Assembly (NCBI RefSeq): GCF_009914755.1 | Contig: NC_060926.1 | DNA length: 64,000 nt | Reading direction: 5' to 3' (one strand) | DNA from: the human T2T-CHM13v2.0 reference genome, Homo sapiens | Part shown: one piece after another, positions 46,273 to 60,849 of the stretch | Layout: every line of letters begins with the position of its first letter | Position numbering within the stretch: position 1 is the stretch's first letter | Translations under genes and position numbers: made by a program | The notes under the pieces: model-generated | Databases searched by the model: none | What the model saw: only the letters and a program-made list of their open reading frames with translations | Told to the model about the DNA's origin: nothing

Positions 46273-48362
46273 GAGTCTGAACTCTTTACAGTCACCTGCA
46301 GGTGCGTTTTCCCGGGCTGCTGCTGGCCTCTGCACCACAGGAAACAGAAGGCCTTTGGGAAATAGCACAAAATAGGAGACAGGGTAGGAGGGGCTGGAAT
46401 GTGCTGGCCACGCATGCTGACTGCAAATGAAAAGTGTTCATGGACGGGTGTCAGGTGACATCCAGGGACAAATAAAGCTGGCCATGTAAACTGAGCGGTG
46501 AATCAAGGAGGTTCCCAAAGGAACACCTGTGAAGGAGGCAGTGGAGGGCAGGGGTTTGAGCCCTGGCTGCGTGCTGCTACTGTCAGCTCTGTGTCCCATC
46601 TTGGAGCGGGGCTGGACTTACATCTTCCCACACGCTTTGATGCTCCATCATTTTCTGGGGTCAAACCAGAAATGTGCTCCTCAAAGAGGAGAGAAGAGCA
46701 AAGTAGTGCTTCCTTGGAAAAAGATCACATGGGACTTCATGACTGTTTCACAGATTCGTATTCCAGGTAAGGAGAGGCTGAAGGAGAGAGACCCCTGAGC
46801 ACAGCCTTTTATCCAGACCAAGCATCCAGCCCAAAAAGTCACCTGTGGCAGATGCCAAACAAGTTCAGGTCCACGTCTGTGTGTGCTTCTCTGCCTTCCT
46901 ACCTGCTGTCCAACAGGCCCAGCCCCAGCCTGCCCTGACATCTTCCAGAATCCAAACCTGCCAGAATCCACAGCCTGCCCCCTATGCCTGCCCTCGGTGC
47001 CCTGTCCCTGCCCCCAGTGTTAACTAGCGGTCAGCCAGGCAGAAAGGCCTGGCACTGTCAACACGTGGGCTTCCGAAGCCGTGACACTACTTTGATTCTC
47101 ACTGCAGAGCACTGCGCCGGCTCGGAAGGATGCCCTGTGTCCGCCTGCCGCGACGATGGTGCCTTTGTCTGGGCATGGGGAGCTGTGATTTATGTCATAA
47201 GCTCGCTGTGAAACCTTTTGCCTCGGTAATTCTGCGCTCCATGGGTGTCTCTTTACATCTATTCACAGTACGGCTGCTGCCCACGGACGGCTTGCCCTGT
47301 GACAGTGCTGGTGACTCTACGCTCGGCTCGCCATGGCGCCCGTGTGGTGCCTGCCCAGCATCTTTGTGGCTGGCTGCAGCGTCTGTTGCTTTGATGTCGC
47401 ACATGATTAGATGCCGTCCCTGGAGGAGCGATTGCAGGGAGACTGGGTGGAGGAAGAGGCTGCCTCTAGCTTTCCACAGAGTTTTGCTTCGGTTGTGGGG
47501 ACCAAGCTAGAACATTACAGGCACTGCTGCCTTTGCTTGTGGGATTCTCAGCATGGTGAATGCATCCTCATCCACCATCCTCTCCTGGCCAGGTGTAGGG
47601 GTACCCACTGGAGGTGTGGGGGAATCCCAGTGCAAAAAGGTGGAATCCTTATTTCCAAAGATTTAATGCAGGCCATGAGCCTGCAGTGGCTGGAATCCCT
47701 TTCATTCATTCAACAAACACTGATGGAAGGTCTGTGCTTGCAGGCGCCATGTTCAGGGAGGCAGCGGTGGGCAACGCTTTTTGCAAAAGCCTCAAGGTAT
47801 TAAGATTTCTCAAGAAAACTCCAATTCCTTCCAGGATGGGTGGGAACTGACAAGATTCCTTGTCAAGCACTTCCCATGGCTTTTTGGCCCCCAGGTACAA
47901 CAAATCTAAACCTACCCCCAACCTGAATGGAGGATGAGTTGCACCACTGACTGACCCCATTTCTGTGTGGCTGACATAGTACTGGGGATCCCATCCCAGA
48001 ACAGGGCCCCTGAGCACCTAGAGAGGAGGTGCTGTGCTTTGTCCTGCATCTCTAGTCAAGGCAGTGTAATTTCTACAGCCTTGGAAACAGAGTCCAGGGG
48101 TCAGAGGTCCTGTTCCTAGAAATGATGCCTGTGGGGCTGCCCCTAGGATTTGAAAGCCTGGTCAGAGATCACTCAAATTGAAACAATTTCAAGGCTAACA
48201 AAGGATTATTTCTAGTCGCTACTGAAATATATTGACTCCTTTTTTTTTCTTTAAAATAAATTGCCCCATTCTTCCCTGAATAAGTAAGTCAGAAAAAAAT
48301 AATTGGCCCAGATATTTTCCCCTTTTGGCCCATCCTGTAACTTTGTTTTCTCTTTTCATTCC

Positions 48363-48657
48363 TTTTTTTGGAGACAGGGTCTTGCTCTATCACCCAGGCT
48401 GGAGTGTAGTGTTGCTATCACAGCTCACTGCAGCCTCCACATCCTGGGTTTAGGTAATCCTCCTGCCTCAGCCTCCTGAGTAGCTGGGACTACAGGTGCA
48501 TGCCACCAGGCCCTGCTAATTTTTTTAAAAAAATTTTTGTAGAGATAGGATCTTGCTATGTTGCCCAGGCTGGTCTTAAACTCCTGGACTCAAGTGATCC
48601 TCCTGCCTCAGCCTCCCAAAGTGCTGGGATTACAGGTGTGAGTCACCATGCCTGGCC
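48363..48657 (-). mobile_element. Alu (AluJ-like)
   Basis: Alu consensus. Confidence 0.9.
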
Positions 48658-49856
48658 TCTTTTCATTCTTTATGCAGTTGCATATGACAAGGGCTGAAGT
48701 GTGTGTTGGTTTAATGCAGACACAGTGTGCATGGGAAGGGCAGTGAGTCTTGTTTCCATGTTATAAGTTGATGAACTAAGCCTGCTAATGATGGGAAACA
48801 TTAAAATGTAAATTATAAATATAAAAGGTAGCTGTCACAGAACATAAAAATGCTAGCATTTCTTCCCTTTCAGGAGTCCACTATATTGAAATCATTGCCT
48901 TAGTGGAGCACCACAAGACAATTACCCAAAGAGGGGGTGAGACAGCATCGGGAAAGTGCCATCCTGTTTGTCAAGTGAGCAAACACTAGGGGAGTTGTCT
49001 CGGGGGATTTTCTAACCTTTCAGAGGCACAGTCTACTCTGAACGCATCTATAATGGAAAGTTAGCATTTGAGAGAAATGAGTGAATCTCACTTCTCGATG
49101 GTTCAGACCACTGAGAACACTGTACTTTTGAATATTAGCTTTTCAGCTATTTGTTCAAAACTAATCAGGCCAAAATATGTCTTATGTCTATGAGTGATGA
49201 GTCTTGGTTGATGGAGATAATTTTTAAATTAAACACACCCGGATTTTACATCTAATGGAATGACTTCCCTTCAATGAAGTCTTTTCGGGAGGACAACCTG
49301 TTACTCCAGCCAATATTTTGGAAACATTTTCAGTCTTTTGGGTTATTTTCTGAGGTGAGAAATCTTTATTCTTTATCATTATTATTTCAGGGTAGATCTG
49401 ACGGGTGGAACAAGGATGAGTTGTTCAGAGTCAAGTCTGCAAGGGTGAGCCAGCAGAATGGGGGTGAGGTCCCAACACTGCAATGACCTGGGCAGGGCAC
49501 TTCACCTGACCGAACCCCAGGTAGAGGGAGAATATCACCTGCCTCTCGTGTTTCACTGCAATGTGGTGAGGACCGAATGAGAGAAGTCTGCAAATGTACG
49601 AAGCACTCTCATTAACAAGGTGGATGATCAGATTGGGTAATTTTGTTTCAGATCAAATGCCAGATGTGGCAAAAGACTGATTTTCATCGTTCTGAAAATG
49701 ACACTGATGATGAGCTGCCAAAATATTTTGAGCTCTGACTGCATCATCGAAATAAGTGCCTGGCGTCCGTCCCCAGGTGACTACTTTGAAAGGATGCATT
49801 CTTCACATGCAACCCCTTAATTGTCTCGTGGCTCTAACCAGAAGGCTTCTAGGCCC

Positions 49857-50006
49857 CTGTTCCTCAAAATGGGGTCCCAGGAACAGCAGTCTAGGCCACA
49901 CCCGGGAGCTTGTTGGCAATGCAGGCTCTCCCACCCCAGACCGGCAGAGCAGATTCTGCATTTTCACAAGTCCCCAGGGGTGCCTGGGCCATTACACTTT
50001 GAGAGC
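49857..50006. mobile_element. MER5-like hAT-Charlie fragment
   Basis: gggagcttgttggcaatgcag...agattctgcattttcacaag...ccccag...tttgagag. Confidence 0.6.
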
Positions 50007-50089
50007 GCCGCATGCAACCCAGCTCCCAGGCCGGTCACTAAGTGGCAAAACTCCAGGGCACGTGCCAGCCGGGCTGGATCCTGCCTTAC

Positions 50090-50594
50090 CTTGGGGAAGG
50101 CGTCGGGCCACACGGTGGGAGAGCCGTGGTTGAGCAGCGCCTGCACCGTGCGCTGCGGTGAGGCCTGGAGAGCGCAGGATGCGGTCTGGAGCACGCGGCC
50201 CAGCGGCGAGGCCCCGCCATAGTCGAGCGCGCCCGCGTCGGCGCCGTGCCGCAGTAGGAGGCGCGCCAGGCTGTGGCTCGCGTGGCCGCAGGCTTTGTGC
50301 AGCGGGCTGCGCTCGTCCTCGTCGCGCGCGTCCGCCTCCGCCCCGCGCCGCAGCAGCAGCGCGCACAGGCGCAGGCAGCGCCCGTGCTCGTCGGGCCTCC
50401 GCGCCGCACCGCAGGCCGCGCTCAGAGCCGTCTCTCCGCGGCCGTTCCTCGCGTCCACGTGCGCCCCGAGGCCCAGGTACAGGCGCGCGTGCTCGTCCAG
50501 GCCGCGCTGCGCCGCCACGTGCAGCGGCGTGTCCCGGCCCGTGCCGCCCACGCGCTGCACCGAGGCCCCGTGCTCCAGCAGCGCCTGCGCGCAC
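50090..50594 (-). CDS. ASB18: ASB18 ankyrin-repeat exon, 505 nt; upstream exons lie beyond the window
   Basis: Acceptor ttcccacag|G; [13 protein letters not shown]...DTPLHVAA...GETALSAAC...RSPLHKAC ankyrin repeats; donor AAG|GTAAGG; exon is a CpG island. Confidence 0.95.
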
Positions 50595-52852
50595 CTGTGG
50601 GAAGCCAGGGCCTGTCACTCGGGCGCCACGCAGGACGCCCGCACCCTTCCACCCCCGGCCTGCTGCTGCAAAATATCAAGTGACCTCTGAATGAAAAGAC
50701 ATGCTCCGCTCTCCCATACCAAGGCGTCAGGAGTTCAAACTAAACTGGAAAAAAAAAAAAAAAAAAGAGATTATGGCAAAACCAGCTCCTGAGTGGTGTA
50801 AATAGCAAAGGATATGCCATAAGAATCCACGTGCAGAGTTACAATTTATAAGGAAATTTTAACTGCTTGGAGCTTCCTGGGAAGGTGATGTGGTTCAAAT
50901 GACGGTGCTCCATGCACTGGTTACCTGAGCTCTTTGTCACACCTGGAGGTTAAGGGTTTGGCAGTCACAGTTCTAAGGAGAGGCCCTTGGGGGTCAGACT
51001 CTTTCCCGGCCCCCATCTAGCCCTTCTGGAAACCGCTCAGCTTTGTGAGGGTGTGAGGCAAGCCTTGCCTTGCACCACGAAGGGACTTTCCCCATCCCTC
51101 AGGACACTGACTCAGGCTGGCACCACCCTGTCCTCTGACAGTCCGGGGAGCATTAGGTGGGAAGCACAACCAGGCCCTGTTGTGAGCCTACCTGTGCTGC
51201 TTGAACAGACTGGATATTGGCTGCACCTGAATTCCCCAGTGGTCTCCAGGAGCTTCTAGACCCCCATGGGAGCCTGCGGTCTTCCCCAGAGATGAGTGTC
51301 TTCCTTCTGCTGCCTCCAGGAGCATGACTGTCCTCTACCCCAGGCACCAGGCTTCCTCAGAGCCTCTCCCATCCCCTGGGGGCACTCTAAACAGCTCAGC
51401 CTAGGCTCAGATGCCTGGTGAGAAGTGTGCCCCAGCCTGGAAGCCGGAAGACAGTCATACAGACCCTCTGCCCTCCGCTGGTCCTTGTCCTTCATGGACA
51501 CGGAAAAACACAAGCCCACCCCCAACTTCAGCCACCTGCTCCCATAGTCACCTGCCATCGATAAGGCCGCTCCAGCCTTGGAAGTCTGCAAACATGCCGA
51601 CTTCAGACTACAGCCCTAGTCCTCTAGCTCCCCAATGCCTGTTGGTCCTACTTGCCATCTTTGCTCTATGGAGACCTGAGCCCTGGACCTCTCGTTTCTC
51701 TCTACCCTTCCTGGCTTCAGTTCCTTTCCTGGGCAGCACTGTGGTCACCTCGTCATCTGCATCCTCAGTTCCCTTGAATGGAGGGGACCATGGCCATCCC
51801 CTACTCAAATGGCCGAATCTTCAAGCCGGAGTCCATTCTTCACCCCCCTCCTTTTCTCTGCGGGTCTGCCGAGCCCTGTTGGAGGACGCAGCCTTCATGG
51901 AGCTGGCCTTGGTCTCAGCTGGGCCTCAGTTAACTGATATCTTTCAGTGTTAAGGCCACCTCCTCATGCCTTGCTCTCCACTAACCACTCCTAATGTTGA
52001 CCTTGGTCCTCAAGCTTCCGCCCTCTTCCTTTTCAGCTGTCTACATCAGCTTCATTCAGGGTGCAGCTCCCAGGAACTCCCTCACCTGCCTGCCTTCTGC
52101 AAACACATCTGTTTCAACACTGATTAGAATCTGTTTTGACAACAGCTGTTGCCTCCCTCTTCCCCAGGCCTAAGGAAGGCACTCCCTCTTGATCATCTTG
52201 GCCCAGAGTTAGTCGTCTTTGGCTTATTTGGGGTCTTGCTCTAGATGACTTGCTTCTTGCCATTTTCCTGTCTTTCTATTTCCCTGCCCCATTTCAACTG
52301 GTCACTGAGCCATCTCATCACCTGAACTGCTTCCTCCCTCCACTCCCAGTGTCACTGTCCTTTGTTGAGGCCACATCGTTTCTCGGAATGCTTATAAGTC
52401 TCTTCATTTGCCCCTTGCTGCAATCTAGCAAACTGCATACTATCTGGAAAGAGCCTTTCCAGTGCCAATCAAATGTGCCTGCCAACAACCCCACCACTCC
52501 CCCTGCCTGCTGGGCGAAGCCCACACTGCTCTCTTCAGGACCCAGGACACATCATGATCCAGCTCCTGGGGGCTCACCGGGTTCACCTCCTGAGGCGCCG
52601 CCTCTCCATGCTTCAATTCTGCCTGACCAGGTATGGTGCTGAGAGCACACTCTGCCATGCCATGCCCCCATGCCCTCTGCTTGCTCCTTCCAGGTTGCCC
52701 CGCTGCACGTGATGGCCCACACAGTCCCATCTTTCCTTCCTCTTGGAAGCCTTCCTGTGCCACCAGGTAGAGGGGTCACACCTCTGTGTTGTCACATGTC
52801 TTGCACTATGTGCTCAGGCACATTGGTCACCCCATATTTCAAATATTTGTTG

Positions 52853-53249
<397 letters not shown>

Positions 53250-54250
53250 CTATTGGTATTCCCTAAAAACATATTGAACAAACACATTCCATTAATTAAC
53301 ATCTTTCAGCTTTTCTTTATATTGCCGCTGCTTTTCCTACTATATTAACCTAACTGGGGCTCTGAACAAGATCATCCATTGAGGGTTTCCCGGCTGCCCT
53401 TAAATCCATTTATATTTTTACCTAGAGGCTCTCAGTATTTTAAATTCTCCCTTTGGATTGTCTCGTTTCTACATCAGCAGTGTCTTGAGAAGTGGTCTGT
53501 CTTGAGTGAAAGATCTTTACAAACAAGTACAGTTTGATGTGGAGTCCTTTGGGACCAGGACTGGCTAAGGGAGGATGCAAATTTTACAGTCAGAGCGCTT
53601 CACTTTGCTTCCTATTTGCTTCTCTGGGAGGAATTTTGAACAGTGCAGCAGGACGTTAGAAATCAAGGGTTCCTTCTCGTTTTGCCACTGAGCCTGTGTG
53701 CACTTGCAAACAATTACAAAACATTTTCTTCTTTTTAAAGAAAATTTTTTTTTAAGCAGCTCAGCCTCTCTAAAGAAGTCCACAGGGAAATATGACCAGT
53801 CCCCTTTTCCACGTGCACAGCCTATAGCTGGGTAATGGCCAGGCTTTTCCACGTGCACAGCCTAGCTGGCTAATGGCCAGGCTGCTATCTGCAACACAGA
53901 TACCTTTCAGAGGAATGAGGACACTGGCCCACCCTCTGGAGGGCTGCAGATGCTCTTTTCATTTTTAATGAAGAGCTTCTAGTTGGCTAAACCTTGGCAC
54001 TTTTTTAGAGTGGGCAATGATTTAAGTAGCAGAACCACGGGCATGGGAAAGAAACAACAAATTGACTGGGGCACGTCTGCTGGTACACGGTGGCAGTCAT
54101 TAAAAATGAAGGTGTGAGAGCCTATTTAATGGCATGGAAATACATTTGCAGTGGATGTGAACAGATCAGGTTACAAAATAGCACCGCTGTACAGTCCCAT
54201 TTTGAAAAAGCTTAAATATATCTATGCGTATATGAAGAATACCAGAAATT

Positions 54251-54593
<343 letters not shown>

Positions 54594-54594
54594 T

Positions 54595-54909
54595 TAATTT
54601 TAATTTTAATTAATTTTTTTAGAGACAGGGTCTTGCTCTATCATCTAGCCTGGAGTGCAGTGGCGTGATCATGGCTCACTGCAGCCCTGAACTTCTGGGC
54701 TCCAGCAATCCTCCTGCCTCAGTCTCCCAAGTAGCTGGGACTATAGCCGAGTGCCCCCATGCTTGGCTAATTTTTTTTTGTTTTATTTTTGTATTGACAG
54801 GGTCTTGCTATGTTTCCCAGGCTGCTCTCAAACTCCTGGGCTTAAGTGATCCTCCTACCTTGGCCTCTCAAAGTGTTGAGATTACAGGCATGAGCCACCG
54901 TGCCCTGCC
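54595..54909 (-). mobile_element. Alu (AluJ-like)
   Basis: Alu consensus. Confidence 0.9.
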
Positions 54910-57082
54910 AAAAAACCTAGAAATTTAGAGGGCAATGTGTGTTTATCTCTGGATGATGGGCATAGTGGGAGCTTGTTTCCTTTTTGCCTGCATGCGTTTT
55001 TCAAGTTATCCAAAATAAGTCAAGGTGCAGTTTGATACAAGAACCACAACAGAGGTTATTAATAACAAAACCATCCCCACCTGCTCCAGCAACAGCTCCT
55101 GGATCCTAAGAATATCCCTTTGGCTTTCCAGGTTCCCAGAATACGCTTGAAATTTCCATCAATCTGTTTAGGTATAAGCAGCATTTTGGAACGTATGTAT
55201 GGCAATGCCCATGAGAAGGTGAGGAGAGGAGAGGCCTGGGCTGGCTGGGAGCTACTCAGTGATAACAATCGTGGGGACCTCTCAGACCTGACCCCAGGAC
55301 CCAGGCCCATCCTTGAAACACTATCATTTCAATCCCTCCTATCAACGTCACCAGTGGAAGAAATGGCCCAGTGGGGAAAGCTTACTGTTTGTCATTTCAT
55401 TGCCTTCTCTGTATCAATGCCACCAGTGGAAGAAGAAATAGCTCAGTAGGGAAAGCATCCCTGAAGCCTTTGCAGGTCTATGTCTGGGACCCAGCCTTGG
55501 CTGAGCCTTTTACTCCAAGGCAAGATTTTGTGAGTGGGTTTCCTGCTGTCCTGATAGAAAGGCAAAAGTCAGAAAGGCCTGGGGTCAGGGTAGAACAGTC
55601 ACCGTTGGGATCTAAGGGTAGAATTCCCATCTGAGGATGTCAGAACAACTTTGTCTTTATCTTGCAAGGATTAAGGAGACACCATGTTGTCTCAACAGCT
55701 TCTGATATGAAGCAACTTGGACAAACACATTAATCTCTGGGTGCCTCATCTCTGTTTTCGATAATGACTGCAATGACAGGTTGTTACAGGGGCCCAGGGT
55801 TAACAGCAGAAAGAAAAAGTAACTTGAGCCAAAAGGCAGGAGTTAATAGAGATGAACCCATCAAGGACTGTTGAATCAATGTCATTCCAATTCATGTCTA
55901 TGGGGTGGGGGGATGTGGGACTTTGGCCACTCCCTGCACACCCTCCCATCCACCCTCCAGCACCTTCCCAAAGCACTGGCTTTTCCTAGTCCCTTCCCAG
56001 GGCACAAGGCCTGGAGGCCTCAGCCTGGGCTCTCCCACTGTTTCCTCCTTCCTTTACCCACCTGTCTCACCCACCTGCTCCCACCTGTCTCAGCTGCCTG
56101 CCAAGCCTCCATGCTCCCTGCATGCTCTGCCCAGATACCTCTTCTCTCAGCCAGAGCCTGTCCAGGCTTCCACTCTCTCGTCTCCCCTGCCTCCTGATCA
56201 CCCTCTTTATTCAAAGCCCTGGAAATGCTGCTTCTCTGCCTCCTGGTTCTGAACTGAAAGGTCTTTTGGATTCCCCAGTACTTGGCCTTTTTTTTTTTTT
56301 TAAACAACTATTTATCTTTAGTCCCTGCAACAACTTTGCATTGTAGGTGGAATTTACAGTTGGGGAAATTGAGGCTTAAAAGGCCAGTGACATGCATAAG
56401 GCAGGAAGTGGCAAAGCAGAGGTCTCGTTGCTTCATGAGGCTTCCCACTGTCAGTCACACACCCCTCCGCTGCCCCTTCCCACTGGTTTTATTTGTTAAG
56501 CACCTTCTCTGAGGCAGGTTCTGTTCTAGGCGTTTTCCACAAGTTATGAGTGACCTTTTCATTCATTCAATAAGCAGAGAACATATGCCATGCTCCTTTC
56601 GAGGTAAGGAGAAGTGTTTCTCCTCTTATCACTCCACAGGAATTCCTGGACAGACTCACCGACAGGACACTGAAGGCAGGGCAAGGCGACCCATGGACCT
56701 CATTCTACGGGGTGGCACAGTAACCGGTTCTCACCCAGTCCTCCTAGCTACCTGGCACGGTAGATGGCATCCTCCCTCCTTTTTGGTGAGGAGTTCATCT
56801 TTGAGGTTTAAGCAGTGGTCTAAAGGGCAGGGCCCGGCAGAGGATGGTGGCCTTGCAGTCAGTGTGTCCTGTTTGGGATATGAACTCCAGCCCCCACTAT
56901 CCAGTGGTGAATACAAGGACTCCACAACCACCAAAAGATGATGCTGACTGAGCAATGCAACAACAACAACAACAAACAGCTGCTAAAAATAAGGCTGCAT
57001 TCAAGACTCAAACGTCACCTTTTGTGTGTGAGTGGGGAAAGGGACATTGCTTCTGAACATTTTGTTAGTAATGTTAAACATC

Positions 57083-57415
57083 TCATATGGTTTGGTTGTG
57101 TCCCCACCCAAATCTCACCTTGAGTTTTACTCCCATAATTCCCACGTGTTGTGGGAGGGACCCGGTGGGAGATAATTGAATCATGGGGGTGGTTTCCTTC
57201 ATACTATTCTCTTGGTAGTGAATAAGTCTCATGAGATCTGATGGTTTGATAAGGGGAAACCCCTTTTGCTTGGTTCTCATTCTCTCTCTTGCTGCTGCCT
57301 TTCACCTTCCACCTCCCCAGCCACATGGAACAGTAAGTCCAATAAACCTCTTTCTTTTGTAAATTGCCCAGTCTCAGGTATGTCTTTATCAGAAGCGTGA
57401 AAACGGACTAATACA
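57083..57415 (+). mobile_element. Solo THE1 LTR with an internal deletion
   Basis: atatggtttggttgtgtccccacccaaatctc...ggactaataca; TSD (a/g)catc. Confidence 0.9.
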
Positions 57416-58266
57416 GCATCTGTCTCCGTAAGTCACCGGAGTCCTTGGGCAATCCTGAGCTCCCTCTCCTGTTCTCCTTATGTGACTGCTCCTGGAATCC
57501 CTTCTGACAGACAGAAGGGGTTGAGCACTACACAGTGTGTTCAGTGGGGGTAATGGGTGTTATGAGCTCGTCTTGTTGAATTACTGTTACTGCTGCTTTT
57601 CCTCCTCAGAGATGACACGGAGGCAGATGGGCTAGAGACATGTCCCAGGGGAAGGGTGGCTGCAGCTGAAGGCTGGGTCCCAGGGTGGGTGCTGGGCATG
57701 TGCCAGCCTATGGGGGCAAGGTTGCAGGGGAGCCTTGGGAGGAAAACAGAGCCGTGTTTTCTAACGAAGCTGCCGCAGGAAGGTTTCCTCCTGTGGCTCT
57801 ATGCCCCAGCTGACTCCGATGAAGGACGGGGAAGCCACAGCTCCACGACTTTGATGGAGGAGCGGTTCCACTTTATTTCCCTGGACCTTCTGCTGAGGCT
57901 TTCCTTTGGGGATCTTCCATCTACCCCTTTCTGTTCTGCATTTTCTTTTCTCTCCCTCTCTCCCGGGATGCTAAGCTATGAGACTATCAGACATAAATGT
58001 TTACAATTGAAATGGCTGATGTGAATAGACAAATCCTTCAGGGTAGGAGGGCGACTGAGAAGAGAAACTGGTTGGCCATTTCTATCATCACGGTTTCCCT
58101 TGGAGCAATGGCTGCCAGCCATCTTATGTTTTTCTGAAGTGTGGGATGATTGCAGTGGATGATGATATTTTGGGCAAATTCTCTCCCCATTGTAAATGGA
58201 AACTTGGCAAACTGAAAAATGATTTAGTGAACAAGATTTGTAAAGTCAGCTCCACTGTGTGCCCCA

Positions 58267-58981
<715 letters not shown>

Positions 58982-59259
58982 CTTCACATGCCCACTAAGC
59001 AGCATTTGACTTTCTAGAAGCTTCATTGGTGTGCCTTCCTCAGTAAGGCATGCATAACATTTCTTTCTCTTTCTCTCATCCCCTGGTCCCAATATACTAG
59101 GTGAAGAGGAAGACCCAGTAGCATCAGAGTGAGTGGAAAGAAAAGGAGGAAATGGAAAAGAAAAGACTCTATTAGCTTCTTAGACAGGGATAGGGGTGAG
59201 GTGGGGGGAGCTTTAAACTGGATGAGAGAAACATTGTATGCATGTAGGTATGTATGTAT

Positions 59260-59907
59260 ATTTTAATACAATAACTTCTGTGAGGTACACATGCAGAAAT
59301 GCACAGGTCTTAAGAGCACAATTGAATGAATTTCAACAAAGGAATATACCTATGTAACCAATACCTCAATGAAGACATAGAATATTTCCATTTTGCCAGG
59401 AATTTCTCCTGTGTTTACCACCAGTCAGTCATAACCCCCGTAGGCAACCACTGTGCTGATTTTTCTCACAGTGGGTTAGTTTTGCATTTTCTAAAATTTT
59501 CCACTTTTTTGTATCTGGCTTCTTTTGCTCAGCATCATGCTGTTCACATTCATCCATATTGTTGCCTGCATGGAGTAATTCATTCTTTTTTTAAATTGCT
59601 GAGTCATATTCAATTGTATGGATATACCACAATTTTAAGCCATTTTCCCATTGATATTGATGGACATTTGCATGTTTCTATTTTTTGACTATTATAAATA
59701 AAGCTTCTATGAATGTTTTTGTATAAGTCTTCCTGGGGACATATGTTCCCATTTTTCTTAGGTAAACACCTAAAAATGGAATTACTGGTAGGTATGTATT
59801 TAACTTTGTAAGAAACTGCCAGTTTTCCAAAGAGATATCATTTTACCCACCCAAAACTATGTATGAAAGTTCCAGTTGCTCCCTGATCTTGTCAACATTT
59901 GGTGTTG

Positions 59908-59944
<37 letters not shown>

Positions 59945-60085
59945 CCATTCTAATGCATGTGAAATGGTGAATATTTATTTGTGGTCTCATTTGCATGTCC
60001 TTGATGATTAATGATGTTGAACACCTTTTCATTTGCTTATTGGCCATTTGTATGTTGTTCATAAAGTGTCTGATCGAGGCTTTTG
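59260..60085 (-). mobile_element. Old L1 (L1M) 3' end
   Basis: tagccattctaat...tttgcat...gatgttgaacaccttttcat...ttggccatttgtatg. Confidence 0.8.
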
Positions 60086-60849
60086 CCCTGAGTGTAAAGT
60101 TTTGATTTGGCCTGGACTGGCTTTTGGATATTAAAATGGGACTTGCCAAGTGACCAGAAAGCTGAAGAATGTACCTGGGATGCCATTGAGGGGCAGGGAA
60201 GGGGACACACTTGTAACACAGCATGTTTGGAGGGAGGTGGCCAGAGATAAGTGGAGCTACTTCCTGATTACAGACAGTTTTTGGGAAAAAAACTTCAGTT
60301 AACAAAGGAGATGCAATCTTTTAGCATTGTTCTCACAACCTTTGGCTTTGGGTCCTGGCTCTACTGGTTTCCGTTCTGTGCAACCTTACTGGCATAACAC
60401 GGACTCTCTCTGAGCCTTGGTTTTCTAATCTGTGTACCATGCCTTGCAGGCCTGAGAGGCTCAGAGGAAATAAGACATTTGCACATGCTCAGGAATGTGT
60501 GACATTCTGCAAATATTAAATCATCTATTGGGTGCCGCCTCTCTCTGACATCTCATTCTTCTCTGAGATCTCATTCTTCTCTGAGATCTCATTCTTCAGT
60601 ATTCCTCAAGATGCCTTAAAGTCCTATCAAACAAGACCATGTTCTTCTCTCTACTTGAATAACCAATCAGTCACTCACCTGGGATGTGGAAAGAATGTAT
60701 TGTTTTCTGGATTATGTATCAATGCCTGTGAGCCTGGCATCTCAGGCAGGTGAACTTCCTGTTCTTAGGTGGAGACTGCTGGGTCCCCCCACCCATAAGA
60801 TAATTAGCTGCTTTTATAGATCCAACTCCAGCTCATGAATCATTTTTAA

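Noticed and set aside
50468-50470. Leu in YLGLGAHV, where I vaguely recall Arg in reference ASB18
   Set aside because: My memory of the reference residue is unreliable; it needs alignment to RefSeq or dbSNP
49992-50694. Overlapping alternate-frame and antisense ORFs at the ASB18 ankyrin exon
   Set aside because: Shadow frames of a very GC-rich coding exon
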